A stretch of 64,000 nt of DNA from an uncultured Thermoprotei archaeon (GCA_965367815.1 CBDUKN010000006.1:54201-118200), one strand, 5' to 3'. Numbered from the stretch's first letter, positions 52,138 to 62,995 are shown. Notes: generated from the letters alone by a model not told the origin. Numbers and translations are program-made.

Positions 52138-54175
52138 ATGAAAGCATGTGCGAGAAAGATCTCTCTACTGCTGATAATACTGCTACTACTTGTCAGCCTC
52201 GCTACTCTCAACTTCAGATGCATTGATGTAGTCTATATTCATCAGCTACAAGGCTCTTCTTCTGCTTCAGAAGACCCGTCAATAGAGCTAATGGGTGTTG
52301 CATGGGACAAATTTTCTCTTAGAGTAGTTATAGTCAAATCAAGTTCTCTGCCGGATCGCTATGTCAGTGCTGTCGTCGAAGCATTTAAGATATGGAAAGA
52401 TTCTCTTGAAGTATTTGCTTCAGCTTACGGCTATAGCTACTTAAGGAACTTCAACTTCGAAATCACTACTTCCTCAGTTTACGTCAAGAGCGATATAGTA
52501 GTATTATTCGATACCACTCCCACTGTGCCTGGAAGTGAAGCAGGATTAACTGAAGTAACATACGATAGATTTACTGGAAGAATAATTAAAGCAGAAATAA
52601 CTATTCATGTTAAGTACGCCGTCGGTACTGCTACACTATACTTGTCTACAACCGACGTTTACAATATAGCTTTACACGAAATAGGTCACGCACTAGGATT
52701 AGGGCACACTTACTCCGAGTACGACGAATATGGCCGCGAAATAGTGTATCCTTACTTCACCCCAGGCAGTCCTAAAGCATATCCATCTACTTTAGACGTC
52801 TACGGGCTAGCAGTAGTTTATTCTTGGACGAAAATAGGGTTATTTAAAGCTCCTTCAAAGATAACAGTATCTCTTCCACAAAGTATTCCATATAAACCTC
52901 TGCTAGTATGCAGAATTGAAGTATTCTCGCCTTACGGTAGTGTTTTCAGTAGTGGCGCATATCTTCTTGGAAGTGTAGTAGAGATAGGAGTGTCTTCGAC
53001 AGTAGTCTATTTAAGCGAGAAAACTAGAGCTGTTTTTAAGAAATAGGCTGCGACATAAGCGCGGATTCTCCTGTAGTAAAAATTAAGGTAACTCGAGACA
53101 TGAAAATATATGCTATATGGGAAATTCAACACTACGTTGAAGTAAACGGCGTATACGCTGAAGCTAACGTGTCAAGCGGATGGTATCCCGAGAATACATT
53201 ACTAACAATTTCCTTAAAGAAAACAGTAGTAGAGTGCGGAAATTACACTAGAAGAGTTTTCGCGGCCTGGACCGGTTCAGTTAACTCGAACTCACCTATA
53301 GTTGTCATCGTAGTAAATAAACCTATAGAGCTTGTAGCCACATGGCGTACACAGTACTGGATTGAAGTCCACGGAATATACTCGCCCGTAAACTTTTCTC
53401 CAGGATGGTACGACAAAGGAACGACACTAAAAATACTTTTAGAAAACGAAGTAGTTGACTTCGGGAATAAAACAAGAGCTGTTTTCTGGAAATGGAGCAA
53501 CGGAGCTGAAGAAAATCCTCTACAAATTACGGTGACTAGACCTCTTAATATTACGGCTCTATGGAGAATAGAATACTGGATCGAGATAAAAGACCCTCTT
53601 AAAGTGCTTCCTATAGAAAGCTCATGGTATCTTAAAGGATCCTGCTGAAGCAATAGTAGAGCTTTCTTCAAGACATAAAACACTCAAAGTAAAAGTCGGC
53701 CTCGCTGGCTCAGAAATATGGCTCAGAAAGGGATATTGGAATATAAGCAAAGTAATATATCTGCTTAAAGTAGACAACAGAACAATATTAACCGAAGTAC
53801 ATGCAGTGCCTGAAAAAATAGAAATAGCTTCTCCAATGAACTTAACCCTAGTAATTAATGTTAGAAAAGTTAAATTCAAGATAATAGACTACTTTGGCTT
53901 ACCTGTACCTTATGCTAAAGTAGTGCTACCAGAACTGAACTTGTCTCTTACAACAGACTATTTAGGTGAAACAAAAATACATTAAATTACCTTTACGTGA
54001 AACAAGAATAATTGTAGAACACATTATATTTATGCAAATGTTGAAAGTAGATTTATATAAAACAAAAGTAGTTTTAATTAAATTTAATATAGGATTATAC
54101 TCTTCACTCAGCTTACTAATAATTGTGCTGCTAGTAGTATATACTATAATAAAATTAAGAAAAAGAAGACTTTAA
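52138..54175 (+). pseudogene. Matrixin (M10-like) zinc metalloprotease with beta-repeats and C-terminal TM, fragmented
   Basis: HEIGHALGLGH; repeated GWY...TRxVFxxW units split by TAG 53044 and frameshifts; TM in the last fragment. Confidence 0.82.
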
Positions 54176-54183
54176 AAGAAATA

Positions 54184-54861
54184 TTAATGGAGGAACTGGT
54201 AGGAAGGAAGCGGAGGAGGCGGTGGCTGATAGTAGGGGTAAGTAGCGGGAGGCAGGGGAGCAACTTCTACTTTAAGTGTAAAGAATCCTACTGCAGCCAG
54301 TATATTCACTATTACTCCCAGTACGAGCCCTAAGACAATCATTCCTATACTCCCTATGAGACTTAGTCCTAACTGCTCCTCTGGTGCACCACCAGCAATA
54401 CTGAAAACAGCTACTATGAGAATAACTACTCCTATTATTGCTAGCAAAACGAATACTATTGAGAGCCATCCAGCTGCTTTAAAAGCACCATTATTGAACT
54501 TTTTACCTGCTCTAAAGAAAGAGACTACTTGTAGAATAAACATTACTATGCCTATTACTGCCGCTACGCAGCCTATAATTATTAATGTCACTGTCAGACC
54601 TGCTAGAATTCCCATAATTTCCTCCGGTGAACCTACAGTAGGCATAGCACCCATTGTGCTGAAAACCGCTATTAAAAGACCTAGTCCTAGAATAGAGCTT
54701 ATAATCATTAGTACACCTGTTGCTTTAAACACTCCATCGCCGGTCTTTTTCCCTAGCCCTAGCCATCCTATGCCGGCAAGTATTCCTCCAATGAAATTAA
54801 TGAATGGGATAAGCGATAATATATATCCTATTCCTCCAAGTATCTTATAGCTCTCGCCCAC
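54184..54861 (-). CDS. DUF996/DUF973-like membrane protein with Pro-rich tail
   Basis: ILGGIGYILSL, FKATG, FKAAGW, AVGFFTL. Confidence 0.72.
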   Translation of the reverse strand: MGESYKILGGIGYILSLIPFINFIGGILAGIGWLGLGKKTGDGVFKATGVLMIISSILGLGLLIAVFSTMGAMPTVGSPEEIMGILAGLTVTLIIIGCVAAVIGIVMFILQVVSFFRAGKKFNNGAFKAAGWLSIVFVLLAIIGVVILIVAVFSIAGGAPEEQLGLSLIGSIGMIVLGLVLGVIVNILAAVGFFTLKVEVAPLPPATYPYYQPPPPPLPSYQFLH

Positions 54862-54987
54862 AGTTTTAAATACTCTAAAAACCTTATTAAGCTTTATCAG
54901 TACTTTACTTAGTTAAACCATAACACAGAGCATAGTATAATAGATCCTAATTCTTTGTAGCCTACTCCGAAAATTTTACGTATAAAA

Positions 54988-55263
54988 ATGTACACTATCG
55001 GCCACGACTATATATCGCCGCCTATACACGCAGGAGGCTTAAGATACCACGGCGCCGCTCCTACGCTCTCTCTGCTAATACACTTAGGCGAAGTAAAGAC
55101 AGTAGCATACAATCAAGCTCACGCAGTAAAAGCGGTAGTAGACTTAGCACTAGAATACAAAAAGAAAAACGAAGAAAAAGTCATATTATTTAATTTAAGT
55201 GGCCACGGCCTACTAGACCTCAAAGCATACAACAAATACCTCAAAGGAAAACTACCGCAGTAG
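54988..55263 (+). pseudogene. trpB2: 3' remnant of TrpB2 (tryptophan synthase beta type 2)
   Basis: [18 protein letters not shown] and [13 protein letters not shown]; 5' part absent and the EGIxPAPES segment deleted. Confidence 0.9.
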
Positions 55264-55684
55264 GCAAAGAAAGTGTTCTCAAGGAAATAATCAAAATGTA
55301 TCCTTGACTAAAGAAAATTAAATAGATCCAACACCTCTGAATCCCACCAGATAATTCCTCCCCTTTCTTTCTCAGTATTCAGGCCTTATTACGACGAACA
55401 AGAATTCTTCCCCTTTCTTCAGAATCAGACCCTCTCCTTCTATGCATGTTTTCACTTTCTTAACTTAATCACTCTTCTCCTTACTTAAATCTCTAATTTC
55501 TTTTGGAAAAACGTCTGTTTAAAGTTAATGGAGTTCCTAACATAGGAAAGAAAGTCCATCGTTATAATTGAATAATAGGAAGCTTTCCATCAAAGCTTAA
55601 ATACTTTTCTTTTACCACTAAATAATAGTAAGAGATGGGAACCCTGCGGGGTGCGGTAACATTAATTTAGGAATCAGGCACTAT

Positions 55685-58600
55685 TTGAAGATCTTCTTAG
55701 AGAAAGATCTTTCGGTAGATCTGTTTCCGAAGAACATACTTTCCGTTTCACAACTCAGAGATCTTTCTCGTTTTGAGAGAGTTCTGAAAGATGTGCAGAA
55801 AAAGGGAGGAACTCTGGGAATACTCGATGAAAAGAGTTCTGTGAGGATATACGTAGACCCGAAAGACAAACACGTTTCCGTTTTCCTGGGAAGGGAAGAT
55901 AGGAAAAGTTCGGGTGTAGAATGGTTCAGGGCCCTGCAGATTGCCGGTGAGATGGCTAAGCATGACGAAGAAATAGCTTTCGCCATAGAGGATAGGTTAA
56001 AAGAACTCAGGGATCCTTCTTGCATTTACAATCTGTTGGATGAGATGGGAGAGTATGGGAGAAGAGTTGTGGAGAAGGAGAAGGAGATGAGTGTTTTTGA
56101 TATCGTTGAAAAAGGTTACGAGAAGAAATCCATACCTCTCGCTTCATCGCAAACATTTCTCTTGCTTTACACGCCTCTTTATTTCCTGAATGAGAAATAT
56201 TCTTTCCTTTTCGATGTTCTTGAAGAGAAAGGCTTCGATGTTGGGTTTGATGAGAGAAGCGTGAGTATAAGAAAAGATGGTGTTGAGGTAAAGGTTTTAG
56301 GTCTTGGAAACTCTTCCTTGATACAATCAAACAACCCTTCCGAAGCCCGGAAGTTGCTCGAGGATATGCAAAAGACAGTTTTCGAGGAGATGGTGGAAGG
56401 ACCAGAAGAGATTAAAAGCTACTTGAATGGGCTTTTCAATGGGTTGGAATTCGTTTCATACAACTTGGAGAAGGGAAGGTATACCGTTAAAATGCCTGAA
56501 CTGGCTCTGCCTGTGAAGGTTGATGGAAAAGATTATCTTGTCAGGATCGACGAGGATGATAAAAAGATGTTCGCCGAAAAGCTCAGCGAACAGATGAAGT
56601 TCGTTTACGAGAAATCGAGAGAGATAGGCGATGAAAAACTATTCAAGGAATTCTGCGATGAGTTGAAAGCACTCTATCCAGAAATCTTCCCGCTAGCGTT
56701 CAACATGACCAAACAGGATTCAGAAGATGTTAAGAAGTTCTTAAACAATTATGGAAAAGCTGATCTCAAGAAGGTGTTGATCGCAGCAGGTATCGCTGGA
56801 ATGTTGGGAGCAGCTGTTTATTTCTTGTCGCAAGATAGACAGCCTCCTACGATCAAACTAGAGGATCAACATCAATCAGAAGGTAAGCTCTTCCTGAAAG
56901 CTAACATACAAGATCCTTCTGGAGTAAGCGGAGCCTATGCTTTGATAAAGTATCCATCTGGCAACGTGTACAACGCAACCTTTTCCAAGATGAACGATCA
57001 TTATGTCGCCCAATTCCCGATAACGGAAGAGGGAGTGTATTCCATCCAAATTTTCGCGAAAGACGCTAAGGGTAATCTAGGAAGCATAACGACGAGTTTC
57101 GCTTTCTTCGACAATCCCGTGATCAGCGATATAAATTATTTATACGTACCAAACACTCTGAACTTCAACGTCACAGCGAATGATTTGAGCGGTATATCCA
57201 AAGTTCTACTCGAGATCTTAAACAAGAATTACACTCTATCTCCCCTACAAGTAGATTTGAAAGGAAATGGTGTGTATGGTGGAAAGATACCTTTGTCTGT
57301 TATCTCAGCCGATAAGATAAGCTACCGCGTGTTCGCTTTCGATAAGTTAAACAAAGCCACCATTGTACCGGGACACATCACGCTAACCCCAAAACAAGCT
57401 TTCCTAGCATGGGTGAAGAGTAAGGGTTATGACCTAACTCTAGCTTCCAAGCTTTTCGACAAAGTTAGTCTCGTTCAGGATCTGTTTGCTAAGGGTAAGC
57501 TGAATACTCTGGAAAACGTGTTGAAAGTCGCTTATTTGAACGGTTCGGATGTACCAAAGAATTTGGCATACATTGTTTTGGATCAGATAATTAGAGATTA
57601 TAGAGTTAAGGATAAGGCAGGTGCTATCAACAAGATATTCAACACTTATGTCGAATTCGGTTTGAAGGATTTGACTATAGATCAGATATATCATGCAAAC
57701 AACGCGAGCTTGATAATGGGTGCTGATAGAAGCATTCTCGATGCTTTGAAGGCCATAAAGAAGTATGGAGTGAAGCTTGGTGAAATAGCTGAAGATGTTG
57801 TTGATGAAGTCGCTAATGTTCATGCAAACTTGGCTAGGTTGTTCAAGTACAACGTTACAATAAGAGATGAGGATGTTCAAGTGATAGCTGGAAGATATTC
57901 TAAGTTTTATCCGGAGTTCAAGGATTGGAAGAATCTGATGGGTTTGATACTGAAAAAATCTGCCGAACAAATTCAGCGCTTGCTGTACGACACCTTTGAA
58001 GGCGGGAAGAAAGATAAGCTAGCTAAGCCTGAAACAAGGGGAAACTATGATTACTGGTGGAAGAATTATGTGAAGCCATGCCTTGAGTTGTCTATATACT
58101 TCTTGAAGGAAGGTGATGCGACTGAATGGGGTAATCCATACAAGCTCGAGTATCAGTTGCTTCCCCCAAGTATCTTAAAGCTTGATATGAAAACTGGAAA
58201 GGTTTTCTCGAGAAGTTTGGAAATAGGAAGAAGGAATGTCAATTACGATCCGGAGTTAGGTACGAGTCCTGCGTTATGGTGGTTCGAGAATTACAAGAAG
58301 GATGTGATTGAGGGTAAAAAGGTTAGATCGCTTGCTTACAGGATTTCGCATAATAACATTTTCTTTGGGCCCGGAAAGAATTGGCCAAATAGTTTTATTG
58401 CTTATCAAGGAGGTAGTGAATTACAACAAGGTTTGTGGATATATCCGAGAGGAGGAATCCTCAAAGTAATTTATAACACAACTGATTGTGTTGTGCCGAT
58501 AGATAGAGGTTATGTTACATGGTTTATCGATAAACGCTCACCTCTTCCATTTGTCTCAGAAGCTAACCGTGGTTTAGCTGCGGCTGTTGTTGATTGGATT

Positions 58601-58885
58601 AAAGGTATGCCTGCTACCGAGATAGGTGCGAGATATCCTGGAGGTGACGATTTTCATGATCACGTTATTAGGTTTGTAAATCACTACCTCCAGAAAAAAA
58701 TCGTAGACTTTGGTTTAGAGCATGGTTATGGTCAACCTATCAAGATAGACGGAGTCGTGGCTTTCCACCCATGGTTATACGAGAAACCCTTATTTAAAGA
58801 TTATGCTCGCAAGAACGATAAACCTCACGTCATCTATCTCCACTCTAGTGGTAAATGGAAGAAGGTTGAAGGTTTAGAAGGTTGA
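55685..58885 (+). CDS. Large single-pass membrane protein with Ig-like domains
   Basis: About 360-aa N-domain, TM VLIAAGIAGMLGAAVYFL, DRQPPTI..DPSGV..IFAKDAKGN and DLSGISKV..FAFDK beta-sandwich repeats. Confidence 0.8.
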   Translation: MKIFLEKDLSVDLFPKNILSVSQLRDLSRFERVLKDVQKKGGTLGILDEKSSVRIYVDPKDKHVSVFLGREDRKSSGVEWFRALQIAGEMAKHDEEIAFAIEDRLKELRDPSCIYNLLDEMGEYGRRVVEKEKEMSVFDIVEKGYEKKSIPLASSQTFLLLYTPLYFLNEKYSFLFDVLEEKGFDVGFDERSVSIRKDGVEVKVLGLGNSSLIQSNNPSEARKLLEDMQKTVFEEMVEGPEEIKSYLNGLFNGLEFVSYNLEKGRYTVKMPELALPVKVDGKDYLVRIDEDDKKMFAEKLSEQMKFVYEKSREIGDEKLFKEFCDELKALYPEIFPLAFNMTKQDSEDVKKFLNNYGKADLKKVLIAAGIAGMLGAAVYFLSQDRQPPTIKLEDQHQSEGKLFLKANIQDPSGVSGAYALIKYPSGNVYNATFSKMNDHYVAQFPITEEGVYSIQIFAKDAKGNLGSITTSFAFFDNPVISDINYLYVPNTLNFNVTANDLSGISKVLLEILNKNYTLSPLQVDLKGNGVYGGKIPLSVISADKISYRVFAFDKLNKATIVPGHITLTPKQAFLAWVKSKGYDLTLASKLFDKVSLVQDLFAKGKLNTLENVLKVAYLNGSDVPKNLAYIVLDQIIRDYRVKDKAGAINKIFNTYVEFGLKDLTIDQIYHANNASLIMGADRSILDALKAIKKYGVKLGEIAEDVVDEVANVHANLARLFKYNVTIRDEDVQVIAGRYSKFYPEFKDWKNLMGLILKKSAEQIQRLLYDTFEGGKKDKLAKPETRGNYDYWWKNYVKPCLELSIYFLKEGDATEWGNPYKLEYQLLPPSILKLDMKTGKVFSRSLEIGRRNVNYDPELGTSPALWWFENYKKDVIEGKKVRSLAYRISHNNIFFGPGKNWPNSFIAYQGGSELQQGLWIYPRGGILKVIYNTTDCVVPIDRGYVTWFIDKRSPLPFVSEANRGLAAAVVDWIKGMPATEIGARYPGGDDFHDHVIRFVNHYLQKKIVDFGLEHGYGQPIKIDGVVAFHPWLYEKPLFKDYARKNDKPHVIYLHSSGKWKKVEGLEG

Positions 58886-59042
58886 GGAAATTCTTGGATG
58901 GAGGATCACATAGCCATGGATTCTCAAGTTTTTTACATTGAGCCTCATCTCTTCAGCACAACACTCCATAATATTCACGCCTCATATCCATGAAAACTTC
59001 CCACAATATTTGTCCTTTTTAATGTGAATAGCAATAATCCTT

Positions 59043-59705
59043 ATGAAGACAATCGAAAAAGTACTACTATTTACGACTACCCTAGCCCTAATATGCCTTG
59101 CCATTATAATGCTTAAGCCTTGGTCTCATAATGCCTACTATACATTTCAGTACATTAGGGGTAGAGCACTTGAAATAGCTGAGATTATAGAGAGAAAGCA
59201 ATCTGCTAGGCTTGTCGAGTCTTGGAGTTTAGAGGATGTTAACTTGATGCTTGTGGTTAATAAGCCTAATGAAGAACCTTTAGCTATAAACCTTAACTAT
59301 GAACGACTTAAAGTCTACGTTCCCATTCATGCTAGAGAAGTCGAGGTTATAAGAGGTTCTCCTCCTGATAAGCACTTTGAATTCTTTAGGCGAGTTAGTG
59401 TTTACCACATAGACTCCATTATAGTCGTTGATCCAAAACCCGTCGTTAAGCATTATATCGTTAATGAGTATAGTCGTACTTCTCATATCGTTGAGATTAC
59501 CTTGTTTAGGATTAGCGGTATTCTAGAGCCTGGCTGTACGTTATCGTTTGCTAATTCCTCTCGTGTTGTATTTTTGAGGTGCTATGATTATCCTGGTACT
59601 GTCTCTGTTACTATTAATAATCAAGAGGTTCTATCATTCAATGTCGATCCTAGTAATGTTCTAAGGGTCATTGTTGTCTATGAGACGTGGTATGCTAAGT
59701 CTTGA
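59043..59705 (+). CDS. Pilin-like protein
   Basis: MKTIE plus hydrophobic helix, then a beta-rich domain (IVVDPKP..HIVEITLF). Confidence 0.55.
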   Translation: MKTIEKVLLFTTTLALICLAIIMLKPWSHNAYYTFQYIRGRALEIAEIIERKQSARLVESWSLEDVNLMLVVNKPNEEPLAINLNYERLKVYVPIHAREVEVIRGSPPDKHFEFFRRVSVYHIDSIIVVDPKPVVKHYIVNEYSRTSHIVEITLFRISGILEPGCTLSFANSSRVVFLRCYDYPGTVSVTINNQEVLSFNVDPSNVLRVIVVYETWYAKS

Positions 59706-59756
59706 TAGGGAGCTTATCTTTCCCTAACTTCTTTTTAACTGTTAGGCACTTTACTT

Positions 59757-61109
59757 ATGAGGTCTTTAGAGCTTGCCTGCTTGATAATTGCTCTAGTTGT
59801 CTTTGCTGATGTAGGCTTCCTATTATTGAGTAATAATAGTGCATCTAACCTTAGATCCCTAGCCAAGATACTAGCACACGAAATCAAACATGCGGAAGGC
59901 CTAAAGGTGCTCAATATAGGCATTCACGCATTAGTTATACTACAAGACGATAAGCTTGTAATAAAGTATGGTAATGTATATGAGGAAGTCTCATTAAAGG
60001 ATATTGGTAGGAAGCTAATCCATAGTTCTGATAGTGGGCCTATAGTCGTAATCTATGCTAATAAGACACACATCTGGCTAGGTACGGCATATACTGCTAG
60101 TAAGAAGGGCAATGTACATGTTTCAGTTAGGCTACCACCAGTACTCCTTTATACTATAGTTCCTAATGTCGAGTATAAGCTCTTTGAAAGTAGTATTATA
60201 ATGGAGGATGTTAGTCTCAGACTAGACTGGCATAGTGGGAGTATTAGGAGCTGGCTCTCTCAAAATGAGTACTCTGAGCTGAATTTTGACCTTACCATAG
60301 AAGTCCACTATCCAAATTATGGTCTTGGCCTCTGGCACCTCATGGGCGCTTATCTTAATGTTGAATATGGTGGGAAGATTGTTAGTGTTCTCTTTTACAG
60401 GAAGTACGGTCATAGGTGTTATGTTAGATGGTGTTATCGTGATTATTATGTTGGTGATTCTGGATATCGAGGACTTGTTAGAACCTTTAAGCTCACTTGT
60501 AGAAATGGTGTTTTAAGACTTGAGGGCTATCCTGGTAGTATTCCTCTAACATCATCAACTCCTTCCAAGGTTAAGATCTGGCTTAGTGATTACTATTCAG
60601 CGTACCCCATGGAAGTCTATGTGAGTGGTAAAGTCTGGACTGGCTATTCTAAGTGGAGCAGTCCTAAAAAGCTAGAACTAATGCTTGGGCCTCAAGGCTT
60701 TATTGGTACTATCGAGCTTAATGATGATGTTAGTGCTCTTGCCTTTAGTATTAAGCCTAGCAGGCTTATTGTTGGTGATAGTATTGTTGCGAATTTTAAG
60801 TATGATAATGGATGGTGGGTTTGTGATATTAGTGGGCACGAAGGTTCGTGCACATGTACAATATACTTTGATGCTAGACTGAAAGAAGTCTACGGTAGTA
60901 TTATTGATAACCATTATGAGTACTATATTACACTTGATGAGAGAGCGCCTGTTTTAATATCTGTATTAGTGCCGAAGGGCTATGATGTTATTGCCTATTT
61001 GGATAATGCTAAACTTGTTCCAAAGGATGTTTATGAGTACAATATGACGTATAATGTTTACATGTATAATATTGTAAAAAATGAAGCCATTAAAGTATTA
61101 ATAGGCTGA
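59757..61109 (+). CDS. Minor pilin/adhesin-like protein
   Basis: MRSLE plus hydrophobic helix, then a Tyr/Trp-rich beta domain. Confidence 0.5.
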   Translation: MRSLELACLIIALVVFADVGFLLLSNNSASNLRSLAKILAHEIKHAEGLKVLNIGIHALVILQDDKLVIKYGNVYEEVSLKDIGRKLIHSSDSGPIVVIYANKTHIWLGTAYTASKKGNVHVSVRLPPVLLYTIVPNVEYKLFESSIIMEDVSLRLDWHSGSIRSWLSQNEYSELNFDLTIEVHYPNYGLGLWHLMGAYLNVEYGGKIVSVLFYRKYGHRCYVRWCYRDYYVGDSGYRGLVRTFKLTCRNGVLRLEGYPGSIPLTSSTPSKVKIWLSDYYSAYPMEVYVSGKVWTGYSKWSSPKKLELMLGPQGFIGTIELNDDVSALAFSIKPSRLIVGDSIVANFKYDNGWWVCDISGHEGSCTCTIYFDARLKEVYGSIIDNHYEYYITLDERAPVLISVLVPKGYDVIAYLDNAKLVPKDVYEYNMTYNVYMYNIVKNEAIKVLIG

Positions 61110-61203
61110 AGAATACTACTTTTTGAGCGTTTAGGTACTTTGTTATTATACAAGTATAGTGAATATGTTAGGTTTCTAAGTTCTTTAAAGTAAGAAGAGA
61201 AAT

Positions 61204-61620
61204 TCAGTTCTCACTAACCTTAAAAGCTAATGCAGAGAGCTTCTTGCTTAGAGCTCGTAGTACATCTTCGCCTAGCTTCTCTATTTCATCATTATTCAAC
61301 ACTAACTCCTCTATTCCTAAGGCTTTGATATAGGCTAGAACTTTACCCGCTAGGATGAGGGGGACATACTTAGCTTTAACCTTACCACTTCCTATCTCCT
61401 TTAATATCTCTTCAGCATTCTCTACTGCCTTAACTATTACCTCACCCATACATAGATAGTAAAGCGGTAAACCTCTTAACTTCCCTTTATCTTGATCTAA
61501 GACCCGAAGCCTTAGAAGTGTCTCTATAGCCCTCCTCTTTGCATTATCTAGTAGTGATAACCCACCGTACGCCTTATTTAGCGCTCTCCAAAGCTCTAAA
61601 CCACTATTGTCACTTGACAT
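61204..61620 (-). CDS. wHTH-like protein, paralog of 62999-63574
   Basis: GGLS..PLYY..LKEIGSGKVKAKYVPLILA. Confidence 0.7.
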   Translation of the reverse strand: MSSDNSGLELWRALNKAYGGLSLLDNAKRRAIETLLRLRVLDQDKGKLRGLPLYYLCMGEVIVKAVENAEEILKEIGSGKVKAKYVPLILAGKVLAYIKALGIEELVLNNDEIEKLGEDVLRALSKKLSALAFKVSEN

Positions 61621-61712
61621 GTATTATATTTTACTCTACTTAGTGGAAGGAGTTAATGCAGGGGATTCTTCAATAATCTTGAAGTAAAATTCTAATGATA
61701 CGGGGGCATTCT

Positions 61713-62843
61713 CTAAAAGAACTCATTTAGCCTCCGTTGTCTTCTAGCTCTCCTATATGCCTCCTCTGTAGCTTCTCGCCTTGCTCTCTCAGCTGGGGTA
61801 AGGACGTGTGCATAACGTGAAGTGAAAACACCTGTGTAAAGACTCTCTAAGGTATCCCTTATAAGGGTCTCATCTATTGGAGCAGGGAGAGTGCTTAAGG
61901 GCTCGAAGAGAACCTCCTTCTGATCAGGGACAATTCCTAAATCACGTAGCCTGAGCCTCCCTACGACCTTGATTAACTGCTCAGCCATGTACTCTCCAAA
62001 CTTATTAACCACTTGGTCATAGGATATTCTAAGTATGGCGTAACGATACACTTTGCCCAGTACTTGATCTTGGACGAACTCCATGAAGCCTGTAGCTCGC
62101 AGATCATCCATATAAGGTGCTTGAGTAGGATCTACCGGAAATGCAGGACTATCCGAGACTTTAGCCACAAAGTCCCCAAGTTGCCTCTTCACTATAAGTT
62201 CTGCTAGATGAGGATCGTCAATCTTAGGACCTGAAACCAATAACACATTATCTATCATGTATGTTCTTATCTTTCTGCTAGCCAGTATGAGAGCCTGTGT
62301 CGCGAGAAATCGCATAACATGAGCATCTCTAAGCTTCAGGTTGTTATGCTCAGCGAACTTCACGCAGAAGAGACGTGTATTGCGTAATGGAATAGGTGTC
62401 TGATTGAAATTAAAGAGAAGTGCCATAACAGCACAGTCAGCAGGATTGTAGCCTAGGGCTTCCGAATATCTAGCATCCATATATCTCCTAATCTCGTAGG
62501 GCTTTACATCACCCACAAAGCGATCACCTCTAAGCTCTCCTATACCATAACGCTCTAGCCTTTTGAAAGGTCTCAAGGGGTCTTTGATGTAGGTAGGTAT
62601 TTTGTAGTCTTGTGCGATGCGCCGTATTCTAGGGACTATGACTTCGTTAGCTATCTTTAAGCCATCCATTATGAGTTTGTCTACAGCGAGTGCTGCTCCT
62701 GAGGGAAAGAAAACTCCAACTGAATGAACAGAGTCGTTCTCACTTATGTAACGAACTCCCTGCCAACTCCCAGAGATAGCGATACTGCTTGCAGGCATAG
62801 GCTCCTTTAAATATGGAAGCTTAATCCTCCGAGGAGGCATCAA
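61713..62843 (-). CDS. Unknown protein with C-terminal PCNA-interacting (PIP) box
   Basis: Ends QRRLNEFF (QxxLxxFF) after a basic helix. Confidence 0.75.
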   Translation of the reverse strand: MMPPRRIKLPYLKEPMPASSIAISGSWQGVRYISENDSVHSVGVFFPSGAALAVDKLIMDGLKIANEVIVPRIRRIAQDYKIPTYIKDPLRPFKRLERYGIGELRGDRFVGDVKPYEIRRYMDARYSEALGYNPADCAVMALLFNFNQTPIPLRNTRLFCVKFAEHNNLKLRDAHVMRFLATQALILASRKIRTYMIDNVLLVSGPKIDDPHLAELIVKRQLGDFVAKVSDSPAFPVDPTQAPYMDDLRATGFMEFVQDQVLGKVYRYAILRISYDQVVNKFGEYMAEQLIKVVGRLRLRDLGIVPDQKEVLFEPLSTLPAPIDETLIRDTLESLYTGVFTSRYAHVLTPAERARREATEEAYRRARRQRRLNEFF

Positions 62844-62954
62844 GAAAATTTATGTTACATTATTTATAAGCGTATTGCTATAGCTTCAAGTTGTAGCAAA
62901 CATTCTCTTTTGTAAAATACTATGATGTATAGTTACTCTAGGATACTATTAGTG

Positions 62955-62995
62955 GTTCCCTAGCGAAACTATTAATAGTTCCCCAGTGAAACTAT
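62955..62995. repeat. Tandem 18-bp direct repeat of an imperfect palindrome (operator or iteron)
   Basis: GTTCCCTAGCGAAACTAT (62955-72) and GTTCCCCAGTGAAACTAT (62978-95): 16/18 identical, 23-bp period. Confidence 0.75.

Noticed and set aside
23693-53046. Several in-frame TAG/TGA codons (23693, 41785, 52061, 53044) suggesting stop-codon recoding (Pyl/Sec)
   Set aside because: The implied residues differ (E/K, W), two of these genes also carry frameshifts, TAG and TGA end many intact genes, and no pyl/sel machinery is in the window.
54988-55263. trpB2 3' fragment as the att site of the right-hand island
   Set aside because: A displaced 3' fragment would lie downstream of an element, but the foreign DNA is 3' of the fragment; no integrase or direct repeat was seen.
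862-60914. Many short antisense or overlapping ORFs in the track (e.g. 862-1047, 6964-7335, 13351-13680, 16924-17370, 54356-54850, 57440-57970)
   Set aside because: Shadow frames of well-supported genes, with no motifs.
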